A stretch of 64,000 bases of DNA from Eledone cirrhosa (lineage: Eukaryota), in the NCBI GenBank assembly GCA_964016885.1, contig OZ024740.1, forward strand, positions 429,660,001-429,724,000, written 5' to 3'. This document shows positions 40,601 to 58,600 of the stretch, piece after piece (within the stretch, counting starts at the first letter, position 1; each line of letters opens with the position of its first letter). The notes under the pieces were generated by a model. The model was not told where the DNA came from and searched no databases. It saw nothing but the letters and a program-made list of their open reading frames with translations. A program made the position numbers and the translations under genes.

Positions 40601-43600
40601 ATAATAACCTAATATTACTACCTATATCATTACTGTTATATTATTCTAAATAACAACCTAATATTACTACCTATATCATTACTGTTATATTATTCTAAAT
40701 AACAACCTAATGTTACTACCTATATCATTACTGTTATATTATTTTAAATAACAACCTAATATTACTACCTATATCATTACTGTTTTATTATATTAAATAA
40801 CAACCTAATATTACTACCTATATCATTACTTTTATATTATATTAAATAACAACCTAATATTACTACCTATATCATTACTGTTATATTATTCTAAATAACA
40901 ACCTAATATTACTACCTATATCATTACTGTTATATTATTCTAAATAACAACCTAATATTACTACCTATATCATTACTGTTATATTATTCTAAATAACAAC
41001 CTAATATTACAACCTATATCATTACTGTTATATTATTCTAAATAACAACCTAATATTACTACCTCTATCATTACTGTTATATTATTTTAAATAACAACCT
41101 AATATTACAGCCTATATCATTACTGTTATATTATTCTAAATAACAACCTAATATTACTACCTATATCATTACTGTTATATTATTTTAAATAACAACCTAA
41201 TATTACTACCTATATCATTACTGTTATATTATTCTAAATAACAACCTAATATTACTACCTATATCATTACTGTTATATTATTCTAAATATCAACCTAATA
41301 TTACTACCTATATCATTACTGTTATATTATTCTAAATAACAACTTAATATTACTACCTATATCATTACTGTTATATTATTCGAAATAACAACCTAATATT
41401 ACTACCTATATCATTACTGTTATATTATTCGAAATAACAACCTAATATTACTACCTATATCATTACTGTTATATTATTCTAAATAACAACCTAATATTAC
41501 TACCTATATCATTACTGTTATATTATTCTAAATAACAACCTAATATTACTACCTATATCATTACTGTTATATTATTCTAAATAACAACCTAATATTACAA
41601 CCTATATCATTACTGTTATATTATTCTAAATAACAACCTAATATTACTACCTATATCATTACTGTTATATTATTTTAAATAACAACCTAATATTACTACC
41701 TATATCACTACTGTTATATTATTCTAAATAACAACCTCATATTACTACCTATATCATTACTGTTATATTATTCTAAATAACAACCTAATATTACTACCTA
41801 TATCATTACTGTTATATTATTCTAAATAACAACCTAATATTGCTACCTATATCATTACTGTTATATTATTCTAAATAACAACCTAATATTGCTACCTATA
41901 TCATTACTGTTATATTATTCGAAATAACAACCTAATATTACTACCTATACCATTACTGTTATATTATTTTAAATAACAACCTAAAATTACTACCTATATC
42001 ATTACTGTTATATTATTCTAAATAACAACCTAATATTACTACCTATATCATTACTGTTATATTATTCTAAATAACAACCTAATATTACTACCTATATCAT
42101 TACTGTTATATTATTCTAAATAACAACCTAATATTACTACCTATATCATTACTGTTATATTGTTCTAAATAACAACCTAATATTACTACCTATATCATTA
42201 CTGTTATATTATTCTAAATAACAACCTAATATTACTACCTATATCATTACTGTTATATTATTCTAAATAACAACCTAATATTACTACCTATATCATTACT
42301 GTTATATTATTCTAAATAATAACCTAATATTACTACCTATATCATTACTGTTATATTATTTTAAATAACAACCTAATATTACTACCTATATCATTACTGT
42401 TATATTATTCTAAATAACAACCTAATATTACTACCTATATCATTACTGTTATATTATTCTAAATAACAACCTAATATTACTACCTATATCATTACTGTTA
42501 TATTATTTTAAATAACAACCTAATATTACTACCTATATCATTACTGTTATATTATTCTAAATAACAACCTAATATTACTACCTATATAATTACTGTTATA
42601 TTATTCTAAATAACAACCTAATATTACTACCTATATCATCACTGTTATATTATTTTAAATAACAACCTAATATTACTACCTATATCATTACTGTTATATT
42701 ATTCTAAATAACAACCTAATATTACTACCTATATCATTACTTTTATATTATTCTAAATAACAACCTAATATTACTACCTATATCATTACTGTAATATTAT
42801 TCTAAATAACAACCTAATATTACTACCTATATCATTACTGTTATATTATTTTAAATAACAACCTAATATTACTACCTATATCATTACTGTTATATTATTC
42901 TAAATAACAACCTAATATTACTACCTATATCATTACTGTTATATTATTCTAAATAACAACCTAATATTACTACCTATATCATTACTGTTATATTATTCTA
43001 AATAACAACCTAATACTACAACCTATATCATTACTGTTATATTATTCTAAATAACAACCTCATATTACTACCTATACCATTACTGTTATATTATTTTAAA
43101 TAACAACCTAATATTACTACCTATATCACTACTGTTATATTATTCTAAATAACAACCTAATATTACTACCTATATCATTACTGTTATATTATTCTAAATA
43201 AGAACCTAATATTACTACCTATATCATTACTGTTATATTATTCTAAATAACAACCTAATATTACTACCTATATCATTACTGTTATATTATTCGAAATAAT
43301 AACCTAATATTACTACCTATATCATTACTGTTATATTATTCGAAATAACAACCTAATATTACTACCTATATCATTACTGTTATATTATTATAAATAACAA
43401 CCTAAAATTACTACCTATATCATTACTGTTATATTATTCTAAATACCAACCTAATATTACTACCTATATTATTACTGTTATATTATTCTAAATAACAACC
43501 TAATATTACTACCTATATCATTACTGTTATATTATTTTAAATAACAACCTAATATTACTACCTATATCATTACTGTTATATTATTCTAAATAACAACCTA

Positions 43601-46600
43601 ATATTACTACCTATATCATTACTGTTATATTATTCTAAATAACAACCTAATATTACTACCTATATCATTACTGTTATATTATTCTAAATAACAACCTAAT
43701 ATTACTTCCTATATCATTACTGTTATATTATTTTAAATAACAACCTAATATTACTACCTATATCATTACTGTTATATTATTCTAAATAACAACCTAATAT
43801 TACTACCTATATCATTACTGTTATATTATTCTAAATAACAACCTAATATTACTACCTATATCATTACTGTTATATTATTTTAAATAACAACCTAATATTA
43901 CTACATATATCATTACTGTTATATTATTCTAAATAACAACCTAATATTACAACCTATATCATTACTGTTATATTATTCTAATTAACAACCTAATATTACA
44001 ACCTATATCATTACTGTTATATTATTCTAAATAACAACCTAATATTACAACCTATATCATTACTGTTATATTATTCTAAATAACAACCTAATATTACAAC
44101 CTATATTATTACTGTTATATTATTCTAAATAACAACCTAATATTACTACCTATATCATTACTGTTATATTATTTTAAATAACAACCTAATATTACTACCT
44201 ATATCATTACTGTTATATTATTCTAAATAACAACCTAATATTACTACCTATATCATTACTGTTATATTATTCTAAAAAACAACCTAATATTACAAACTAT
44301 ATCATTACTGTTATATTATTCTAAATAACAACCTAATATTACAACCTATATCTTTACTGTTATATTATTCTAAATAACAACCTAATATTACTACCTATAT
44401 CATTACTGTTATATTATTTTAAATAACAACCTAATATTACTACCTATATCATTACTGTTATATTATTCTAAATAACAACCTAATATTACTACCCATATCA
44501 TTACTGTTATATTATTCTAAATAACAACCTAATATTACTACCTATATCATTACTGTTATGTTATTCTAAATAACAACCTAATATTACTACCTATATCATT
44601 ACTGTTATATTATTCTAAATAACAACCAAATATTACTACCTATATCATTACTGTTATATTATTCTAAATAACAACCTAATATTACTACCTATATCATTAC
44701 TGTTATATTATTCTAAATAACAACCTAATATTACTATATATATCATTACTGTTGTATTATTCTAAATAACAACCTAATATTACTACCTATATCATTACTG
44801 TTATTTTATTCTAAATAACAACCTAATATTACTACCTATATCATTACTGTTATATTATTCTAAATAACAACCAAATATTACTACCTATATCATTACTGTT
44901 ATATTATTCTAAATAACAACCTAATATTACTACCTATATCATTACTGTTATATTATTCTAAATAACAACCTAATATTACTATCTATATCATTACTGTTAT
45001 ATTATTTTAAATAACAACCTAATATTACTACCTATATCATTACTGTTATATTATTCGAAATAACAACCTAATATTACTACCTATATCATTACTGTTATAT
45101 TATTCTAAATAACAACCTAATATTACTACCTATATCATTACTGTTATATTATTCGAAATAACAACCTAATATTACTACCTATATCATTACTGTTATATTA
45201 TTCGAAATAACAACCTAATATTACTACCTATATCATTACTGTTATATTATTATAAATAACAACCTAAAATTACTACCTATATCATTACTGTTATATTATT
45301 ATAAATAACAACCTAATATTACTACCTATATTATTACTGTTATATTATTCTAAATAACAACCTAATATTACTACCTATATCATTACTGTTATATTATTTT
45401 AAATAACAACCTAATATTACTACCTATATCATTACTGTTATATTATTCTAAATAACAACCTAATATTACTACCTATATCATTACTGTTATATTATTCTAA
45501 ATAACAACCTAATATTACTACCTATATCATTACTGTTATATTATTCTAAATAACAACCTAATATTACTTCCTATATCATTACTGTTATATTATTTTAAAT
45601 AACAACCTAATATTACTAGCTATATCATTACTGTTATATTATTCTAAATAACAACCTAATATTACTACCTATATCATTACTGTTATATTATTCTAAATAA
45701 CAACCTAATATTACAACCTATATCATTACTGTTATATTATTCTAAATAACAACCTAATATTACTACCTATATCATTACTGTTATATTATTTTAAATAACA
45801 ACCTAATATTACTACCTATATCACTACTGTTATATTATTCTAAATAACAACCTAATATTACTACCTATATCATTACTGTTATATTATTCGAAATAACAAC
45901 CTAATATTACTACCTATATCGTTACTGTTATATTATTCTAAATAACAACCTAATATTACTACCTATATCATTACTGTTATATTATTCGAAATAACAACCT
46001 AATATTACTACCTATATCATTACTGTTATATTATTCGAAATAACAACCTAATATTACTACCTATATCGTTACTGTTATATTATTCGAAATAACAACCTAA
46101 TATTACTACCTATATCATTACTGTTATATTATTTTAAATAACAACCTAAAATTACTACCTATATCATTACTGTTATATTATTCTAAATAACAACATAATA
46201 TTACTACCTATATTATTACTGTTATATTATTCTAAATAACAACCTAATATTACTACCTATATCATTACTGTTATATTATTTTAAATAACAACCTAATATA
46301 ACTACCTATATCATTACTGTTATATTATCCTAAATAACAACCTAATATTACTACCTATATCATTACTGTTATATTATTCTAAATAACAACCTAATATTAC
46401 AACCTATATCATTACTGTTATATTATTCTAATAACAACCTAATATTACAACCTATATCTTTACTGTTATATTATTCTAAATAACAACCTAATATTACTAC
46501 CTATATCATTACTGTTATATTATTTTAAATAACAACCTAATATTACTACCTATATCATTACTGTTATATTATTCTAAATAACAACCTAATATTACTACCT

Positions 46601-49600
46601 ATATCATTACTGTTATATTATTCTAAATAACAACCTAATATTACTACCTATATCATTACTGTTATGTTATTCTAAATAACAACCTAATATTACTACCTAT
46701 ATCATTACTGTTATATTATTCTAAATAACAACCAAATATTACTACCTATATCATTACTGTTATATTATTCTAAATAACAACCTAATATTACAACCTATAT
46801 TATTACTGTTATATTATTCTAAATAACAACCTAATATTACTACCTATATCATTACTGTTATATTATTTTAAATAACAACCTAATATTACTACCTATATCA
46901 TTACTGTTATATTATTCTAAATAACAACCTAATATTACTACCTATATCATTACTGTTATATTATTCTAAATAACAACCTAATATTACAAACTATATCATT
47001 ACTGTTATATTATTCTAAATAACAACCTAATATTACAACCTATATCTTTACTGTTATATTATTCTAAATAACAACCTAATATTACAACCTATATCTTTAC
47101 TGTTATATTATTCTAAATAACAACCTAATATTACTACCTATATCATTACTGTTATATTATTTTAAATAACAACCTAATATTACTACCTATATCATTACTG
47201 TTATATTATTCTAAATAACAACCTAATATTACTACCCATATCATTACTGTTATATTATTCTAAATAACAACCTAATATTACTACCTATATCATTACTGTT
47301 ATGTTATTCTAAATAACAACCTAATATTACTACCTATATCATTACTGTTATATTATTCTAAATAACAACCAAATATTACTACCTATATCATTACTGTTAT
47401 ATTATTCTAAATAACAACCTAATATTACTACCTATATCATTACTGTTATATTATTCTAAATAACAACCTAATATTACTATATATATCATTACTGTTGTAT
47501 TATTCTAAATAACAACCTAATATTACTACCTATATCATTACTGTTATTTTATTCTAAATAACAACCTAATATTACTACCTATATCATTACTGTTATATTA
47601 TTCTAAATAACAACCAAATATTACTACCTATATCATTACTGTTATATTATTCTAAATAACAACCTAATATTACTACCTATATCATTACTGTTATATTATT
47701 CTAAATAACAACCTAATATTACTATCTATATCATTACTGTTATATTATTTTAAATAACAACCTAATATTACTACCTATATCATTACTGTTATATTATTCG
47801 AAATAACAACCTAATATTACTACCTATATCATTACTGTTATATTATTCTAAATAACAACCTAATATTACTACCTATATCATTACTGTTATATTATTCGAA
47901 ATAACAACCTAATATTACTACCTATATCATTACTGTTATATTATTCGAAATAACAACCTAATATTACTACCTATATCATTACTGTTATATTATTATAAAT
48001 AACAACCTAAAATTACTACCTATATCATTACTGTTATATTATTATAAATAACAACCTAATATTACTACCTATATTATTACTGTTATATTATTCTAAATAA
48101 CAACCTAATATTACTACCTATATCATTACTGTTATATTATTTTAAATAACAACCTAATATTACTACCTATATCATTACTGTTATATTATTCTAAATAACA
48201 ACCTAATATTACTACCTATATCATTACTGTTATATTATTCTAAATAACAACCTAATATTACTACCTATATCATTACTGTTATATTATTCTAAATAACAAC
48301 CTAATATTACTTCCTATATCATTACTGTTATATTATTTTAAATAACAACCTAATATTACTAGCTATATCATTACTGTTATATTATTCTAAATAACAACCT
48401 AATATTACTACCTATATCATTACTGTTATATTATTCTAAATAACAACCTAATATTACAACCTATATCATTACTGTTATATTATTCTAAATAACAACCTAA
48501 TATTACTACCTATATCATTACTGTTATATTATTTTAAATAACAACCTAATATTACTACCTATATCACTACTGTTATATTATTCTAAATAACAACCTAATA
48601 TTACTACCTATATCATTACTGTTATATTATTCGAAATAACAACCTAATATTACTACCTATATCGTTACTGTTATATTATTCTAAATAACAACCTAATATT
48701 ACTACCTATATCATTACTGTTATATTATTCGAAATAACAACCTAATATTACTACCTATATCATTACTGTTATATTATTCGAAATAACAACCTAATATTAC
48801 TACCTATATCGTTACTGTTATATTATTCGAAATAACAACCTAATATTACTACCTATATCATTACTGTTATATTATTTTAAATAACAACCTAAAATTACTA
48901 CCTATATCATTACTGTTATATTATTCTAAATAACAACATAATATTACTACCTATATTATTACTGTTATATTATTCTAAATAACAACCTAATATTACTACC
49001 TATATCATTACTGTTATATTATTTTAAATAACAACCTAATATAACTACCTATATCATTACTGTTATATTATCCTAAATAACAACCTAATATTACTACCTA
49101 TATCATTACTGTTATATTATTCTAAATAACAACCTAATATTACAACCTATATCATTACTGTTATATTATTCTAATAACAACCTAATATTACAACCTATAT
49201 CTTTACTGTTATATTATTCTAAATAACAACCTAATATTACTACCTATATCATTACTGTTATATTATTTTAAATAACAACCTAATATTACTACCTATATCA
49301 TTACTGTTATATTATTCTAAATAACAACCTAATATTACTACCTATATCATTACTGTTATATTATTCTAAATAACAACCTAATATTACTACCTATATCATT
49401 ACTGTTATGTTATTCTAAATAACAACCTAATATTACTAACTATATCATTACTGTTATATTATTCTAAATAACAACCAAATATTACTACCTATATCATTAC
49501 TGTTATATTATTCTAAATAACAACCTAATATTACAACCTATATTATTACTGTTATATTATTCTAAATAACAACCTAATATTACTACCTATATCATTACTG

Positions 49601-52600
49601 TTATATTATTTTAAATAACAACCTAATATTACTACCTATATCATTACTGTTATATTATTCTAAATAACAACCTAATATTACTACCTATATCATTACTGTT
49701 ATATTATTCTAAATAACAACCTAATATTACAAACTATATCATTACTGTTATATTATTCTAAATAACAACCTAATATTACAACCTATATCTTTACTGTTAT
49801 ATTATTCTAAATAACAACCTAATATTACTACCTATATCATTACTGTTATATTATTTTAAATAACAACCTAATATTACTACCTATATCATTACTGTTATAT
49901 TATTCTAAATAACAACCTAATATTACTACCCATATCATTACTGTTATATTATTCTAAATAACAACCTAATATTACTACCTATATCATTACTGTTATGTTA
50001 TTCTAAATAACAACCTAATATTACTACCTATATCATTACTGTTATATTATTCTAAATAACAACCAAATATTACTACCTATATCATTACTGTTATATTATT
50101 CTAAATAACAACCTAATATTACTACCTATATCATTACTGTTATATTATTCTAAATAACAACCTAATATTACTATCTATATCATTACTGTTGTATTATTCT
50201 AAATAACAACCTAATATTACTAGCTATATCATTACTGTTATTTTATTCTAAATAACAACCTAATATTACTACCTATATCATTACTGTTATATTATTCTAA
50301 ATAACAACCAAATATTACTACCTATATCATTACTGTTATATTATTCTAAATAACAACCTAATATTACTACCTATATCATTACTGTTATATTATTCTAAAT
50401 AACAACCTAATATTACTATCTATATCATTACTGTTATATTATTTTAAATAACAACCTAATATTACTACCTATATCATTACTGTTATATTATTCTAAATAA
50501 CAACCTAATATTACTACCTATATCATTACTGTTATATTATTCTAAATAACAACCTAATATTACTACCTATATCATTACTGTTATATTATTCGAAATAACA
50601 ACCTAATATTACTACCTATATCATTACTGTTATATTATTCGAAATAACAACCTAATATTACTACCTATATCATTACTGTTATATTATTATAAATAACAAC
50701 CTAAAATTACTACCTATATCATTACTGTTATATTATTATAAATAACAACCTAATATTACTACCTATATTATTACTGTTATATTATTCTAAATTAGAACCT
50801 AATATTACTACCTATATCATTACTGTTATATTATTTTAAATAACAACCTAATATTACTACCTATATCATTACTGTTATATTATTCTAAATAACAACCTAA
50901 TATTACTACCTATATCATTACTGTTATATTATTCTAAATAACAACCTAATATTACTACCTATATCATTACTGTTATATTATTCTAAATAACAACCTAATA
51001 TTACTTCCTATATCATTACTGTTATATTATTTTAAATAACAACCTAATATTACTACCTATATCATTACTGTTATATTATTCTAAATAACAACCTAATATT
51101 ACTACCTATATCATTACTGTTATATTATTCTAAATAACAACCTAATATTACTACCTATATCATTACTGTTATATTATTTTAAATAACAACCTAATATTAC
51201 TACATATATCATTACTGTTATATTATTCTAAATAACAACCTAATATTACAACCTATATCATTACTGTTATATTATTCTAATTAACAACCTAATATTACAA
51301 CCTATATCATTACTGTTATATTATTCTAAATAACAACCTAATATTACAACCTATATCATTACTGTTATATTATTCTAAATAACAACCTAATATTACAACC
51401 TATATTATTACTGTTATATTATTCTAAATAACAACCTAATATTACTACCTATATCATTACTGTTATATTATTTTAAATAACAACCTAATATTACTACCTA
51501 TATCATTACTGTTATATTATTCTAAATAACAACCTAATATTACTACCTATATCATTACTGTTATATTATTCTAAATAACAACCTAATATTACAAACTATA
51601 TCATTACTGTTATATTATTCTAAATAACAACCTAATATTACAACCTATATCTTTACTGTTATATTATTCTAAATAACAACCTAATATTACTACCTATATC
51701 ATTACTGTTATATTATTTTAAATAACAACCTAATATTACTACCTATATCATTACTGTTATATTATTCTAAATAACAACCTAATATTACTACCCATATCAT
51801 TACTGTTATATTATTCTAAATAACAACCTAATATTACTACCTATATTATTACTGTTATGTTATTCTAAATAACAACCTAATATTACTACCTATATCATTA
51901 CTGTTATATTATTCTAAATAACAACCAAATATTACTACCTATATCATTACTGTTATATTATTCTAAATAACAACCTAATATTACTACCTATATCATTACT
52001 GTTATATTATTCTAAATAACAACCTAATATTACTATCTATATCATTACTGTTGTATTATTCTAAATAACAACCTAATATTACTACCTATATCATTACTGT
52101 TATTTTATTCTAAATAACAACCTAATATTACTACCTATATCATTACTGTTATATTATTCTAAATAACAACCAAATATTACTACCTATATCATTACTGTTA
52201 TATTATTCTAAATAACAACCTAATATTACTACCTATATCATTACTGTTATATTATTCTAAATAACAACCTAATATTACTATCTATATCATTACTGTTATA
52301 TTATTTTAAATAACAACCTAATATTACTACCTATATCATTACTGTTATATTATTCTAAATAACAACCTAATATTACTACCTATATCATTACTGTTATATT
52401 ATTCTAAATAACAACCTAATATTACTACCTATATCATTACTGTTATATTATTCGAAATAACAACCTAATATTACTACCTATATCATTACTGTTATATTAT
52501 TCGAAATAACAACCTAATATTACTACCTATATCATTACTGTTATATTATTATAAATAACAACCTAAAATTACTACCTATATCATTACTGTTATATTATTA

Positions 52601-55600
52601 TAAATAACAACCTAATATTACTACCTATATTATTACTGTTATATTATTCTAAATAACAACCTAATATTACTACCTATATCATTACTGTTATATTATTTTA
52701 AATAACAACCTAATATTACTACCTATATCATTACTGTTATATTATTCTAAATAACAACCTAATATTACTACCTATATCATTACTGTTATATTATTCTAAA
52801 TAACAACCTAATATTACTACCTATATCATTACTGTTATATTATTCTAAATAACAACCTAATATTACTTCCTATATCATTACTGTTATATTATTTTAAATA
52901 ACAACCTAATATTACTACCTATATCATTACTGTTATATTATTCTAAATAACAACCTAATATTACTACCTATATCATTACTGTTATATTATTCTAAATAAC
53001 AACCTAATATTACAACCTATATCATTACTGTTATATTATTCTAAATAACAACCTAATATTACTACCTATATCATTACTGTTATATTATTTTAAATAACAA
53101 CCTAATATTACTACCTATATCACTACTGTTATATTATTCTAAATAACAACCTAATATTACTACCTATATCATTACTGTTATATTATTCGAAATAACAACC
53201 TAATATTACTACCTATATCGTTACTGTTATATTATTCTAAATAACAACCTAATATTACTACCTATATCATTACTGTTATATTATTCGAAATAACAACCTA
53301 ATATTACTACCTATATCATTACTGTTATATTATTCGAAATAACAACCTAATATTACTACCTATATCGTTACTGTTATATTATTCGAAATAACAACCTAAT
53401 ATTACTACCTATATCATTACTGTTATATTATTTTAAATAACAACCTAAAATTACTACCTATATCATTACTGTTATATTATTCTAAATAACAACATAATAT
53501 TACTACCTATATTATTACTGTTATATTATTCTAAATAACAACCTAATATTACTACCTATATCATTACTGTTATATTATTTTAAATAACAACCTAATATAA
53601 CTACCTATATCATTACTGTTATATTATCCTAAATAACAACCTAATATTACTACCTATATCATTACTGTTATATTATTCTAAATAACAACCTAATATTACA
53701 ACCTATATCATTACTGTTATATTATTCTAAATAACAACCTAATATTACAACCTATATCTTTACTGTTATATTATTCTAAATAACAACCTAATATTACTAC
53801 CTATTTCATTACTGTTATATTATTTTAAATAACAACCTAATATTACTACCTATATCATTACTGTTATATTATTCTAAATAACAACCTAATATTACTACCT
53901 ATATCATTACTGTTATATTATTCTAAATAACAACCTAATATTACTACCTATATCATTACTGTTATGTTATTCTAAATAACAACCTAATATTACTACCTAT
54001 ATCATTACTGTTATATTATTCTAAATAACAACCAAATATTACTACCTATATCATTACTGTTATATTATTCTAAATAACAACCTAATATTACTACCTATAT
54101 CATTACTGTTATATTATTCTAAATAACAACCTAATATTACTATCTATATCATTACTGTTGTATTATTCTAAATAACAACCTAATATTACTACCTATATCA
54201 TTACTGTTATTTTATTCTAAATAACAACCTAATATTACTACCTATATCATTACTGTTATATTATTCTAAATAACAACCAAATATTACTACCTATATCATT
54301 ACTGTTATATTATTCTAAATAACAACCTAATATTACTACCTATATCATTACTGTTATATTATTCTAAATAACAACCTAATATTACTATCTATATCATTAC
54401 TGTTATATTATTTTAAATAACAACCTAATATTACTACCTATATCACTACTGTTATATTATTCTAAATAACAACCTAATATTACTACCTATATCATTACTG
54501 TTATATTATTCTAAATAACAACCTAATATTACTACTTATATCATTACTGTTATATTATTCTAAATAACAACCTAATATTACTACCTATATCATTACTGTC
54601 ATATTATTCGAAATAACAACCTAATATTACTACCTATATCATTACTGTTATATTATTCTAAATAACAACCTAATATTACTTCCTATATCATTAGTGTTAT
54701 ATTATTTTAAATAACAACCTAATATTACTACCTATATCATTACTGTTATATTATTCTAAATAACAACCTAATATTACTACCTATATCATTACTGTTATAT
54801 TATTCTAAATAACAACCTAATATTACTACCTATATCATTACTGTTATATTATTTTAAATAACAACCTAATATTACTACCTATATCATTACTGTTATATTA
54901 TTCTAAATAACAACCTAATATTACAACCTATATCATTACTATTATATTATTCTAATTAACAACCTAATATTACAACCTATATCATTACTGTTATATTATT
55001 CTAAATAACAACCTAATATTACAACCTATATCATTACTGTTATATTATTCTAAATAACAACCTAATATTACAACCTATATCATTACTGTTATATTATTCT
55101 AAATAACAACCTAATATTACTACCTATATCATTACTGTTATATTATTTTAAATAACAACCTAATATTACTACCTATATCACTAATGTTATATTATTCTAA
55201 ATAACAACCTAATATTACTACCTATATCATTACTGTTATATTATTCTAAATAACAACCTAATATTACTACCTATATCATTACTGTTATATTATTCGAAAT
55301 AACAACCTAATATTACTACCTATATCATTACTGTTATATTATTCTAAATAACAACCTAATATTACTACCTATATCATTACTGTTATATTATTCTAAATAA
55401 CAACCTAATATTACTACCTATATCATTACTGTTATATTATTTTAAATAACAACCTAATATTACTACCTATATCACTACTGTTATATTATTCTAAATAACA
55501 ACCTAATATTACTACCTATATCACTACTGTTATATTATTCTAAATAACAATCTAATATTACTACCTATATCATTACTGTTATATTATTCGAAATAACAAC

Positions 55601-58600
55601 CTAATATTACTACCTATATCGTTACTGTTATATTATTCTAAATAACAACCTAATATTACTACCTATATCATTACTGTTATATTATTCGAAATAACAACCT
55701 AATATTACTACCTATATCATTACTGTTATATTATTCGAAATAACAACCTAATATTACTACCTATATCATTACTGTTATATTATTTTAAATAACAACCTAA
55801 AATTACTACCTATATCATTACTGTTATATTATTCTAAATAACAACATAATATTACTACCTATATTATTACTGTTATATTATTCTAAGTAATAACCTAATA
55901 TTACTACCTATATCATTACTGTTATATTATTTTAAATAACAACCTAATATTACTACCTATATCATTACTGTTATATTATTCTAAATAACAACCTAATATT
56001 ACAACCTATATCATTACTGTTATATTATTCTAAATAACAACCTAATATTACAACCTATATCTTTACTGTTATATTATTCTAAATAACAACCTAATATTAC
56101 TACCTATATCATTACTGTTATATTATTTTAAATAACAACCTAATATTACTACCTATATCATTACTGTTATATTATTCTAAATAACAACCTAATATTACTA
56201 CCTATATCATTACTGTTATATTATTCTAAATAACAACCTAATATTACTACCTATATCATTACTGTTATGTTATTCTAAATAACAACCTAATATTACTACC
56301 TATATCATTACTGTTATATTATTCTAAATAACAACCAAATATTACTACCTATATCATTACTGTTATATTATTCTAAATAACAACCTAATATTACTACCTA
56401 TATCATTACTGTTATATTATTCTAAATAACAACCTAATATTACTATCTATATCATTACTGTTGTATTATTCTAAATAACAACCAAATATTACTACCTATA
56501 TCATTACTGTTATATTATTCTAAATAACAACCTAATATTACTACCTATATCATTTCTGTTATATTATTCTAAATAACAACCTAATATTACTATCTATATC
56601 ATTACTGTTGTATTATTCTAAATAACAACCTAATATTACTACCTATATCATTACTGTTATTTTATTCTAAATAACAACCTAATATTGCTACCTATATCAT
56701 TACTGTTATATTATTTTAAATAACAACCTAATATTACTACCTATATCACTACTGTTATATTATTCTAAATAACAACCTAATATTACTACCTATATCATTA
56801 CTGTTATATTATTCTAAATAACAACCTAATATTACTACCTATATCATTACTGTTATATTATTCTAAATAACAACCTAATATTACTACCTATATCATTACT
56901 GTTATATTATTCGAAATAACAACCTAATATTACTACCTATATCATTACTGTTATATTATTCGAATTAACAACCTAATATTACTACCTATATCATTACTGT
57001 TATATTATTATAAATAACAACCTAAAATTACTACCTATATCATTACTGTTATATTATTCTAAATAACAACCTAATATTACTACCTATATTATTACTGTTA
57101 TATTATTCTAAATAACAACCTAATATTACTCCCTATATCATTACTGTTATATTATTTTAAATAACAACCTAATATTACTACCTATATCATTACTGTTATA
57201 TTATTCTAAATAACAACCTAATATTACTACCTATATCATTACTGTTATATTATTCTAAATAACAACCTAATATTACTACCTATATCATTACTGTTATATT
57301 ATTCTAAATAACAACCTAATATTACTTCCTATATCATTACTGTTATATTATTTTAAATAACAACCTAATATTACTACCTATATCATTACTGTTATATTAT
57401 TCTAAATAACAACCTAATATTACTACCTATATCATTACTGTTATATTATTCTAAATAACAACCTAATATTACTACCTATATCATTACTGTTATATTATTT
57501 TAAATAACAACCTAATATTACTACCTATATCATTACTGTTATATTATTCTAAATAACAACCTAATATTACAACCTATATCATTACTGTTATATTATTCTA
57601 ATTAACAACCTAATATTACAACCTATATCATTACTGTTATATTATTCTAAATAACAACCTAATATTACAACCTATATCATTACTGTTATATTATTCTAAA
57701 TAACAACCTAATATTACAACCTATATCATTACTGTTATATTATTCTAAATAACAACCTAATATTACTACCTATATCATTACTGTTATATTATTTTAAATA
57801 ACAACCTAATATTACTACCTATATCACTACTGTTATTTTATTCTAAGTAACAACCTAATATTACTACCTATATCATTACTGTTATATTATTCGAAATAAC
57901 AACCTAATATTACTACCTATATCGTTACTGTTATATTATTCTAAATAACAACCTAATATTACTACCTATATCATTACTGTTATATTATTCGAAATAACAA
58001 CCTAATATTACTACCTATATCATTACTGTTATATTATTCGAAATAACAACCTAATATTACTACCTATATCATTACTGTTATATTATTTGAAATAACAACC
58101 TAAAATTACTACCTATATCATTACTGTTATATTATTCTAAATAACAACATAATATTACTACCTATATTATTACTGTTATATTATTCTAAATAACAACCTA
58201 ATATTACTACCTATATCATTACTGTTATATTATTTTAAATAACAACCTAATATTAGTACCTATATCATTACTGTTATATTATTCTAAATAACAACCTAAT
58301 ATTACTACCTATATCATTACTGTTATATTATTCTAAATAACAACCTAATATTACAACCTATATCATTACTGTTATATTATTCTAAATAACAACCTAATAT
58401 TACAACCTATATCTTTACTGTTATATTATTCTAAATAACAACCTAATATTACTACCTATATCATTACTGTTATATTATTTTAAATAACAACCTAATATTA
58501 CTACCTATATCATTACTGTTATATTATTCTAAATAACAACCTAATATTACTACCTATATCATTACTGTTATATTATTCTAAATAACAACCTAATATTACT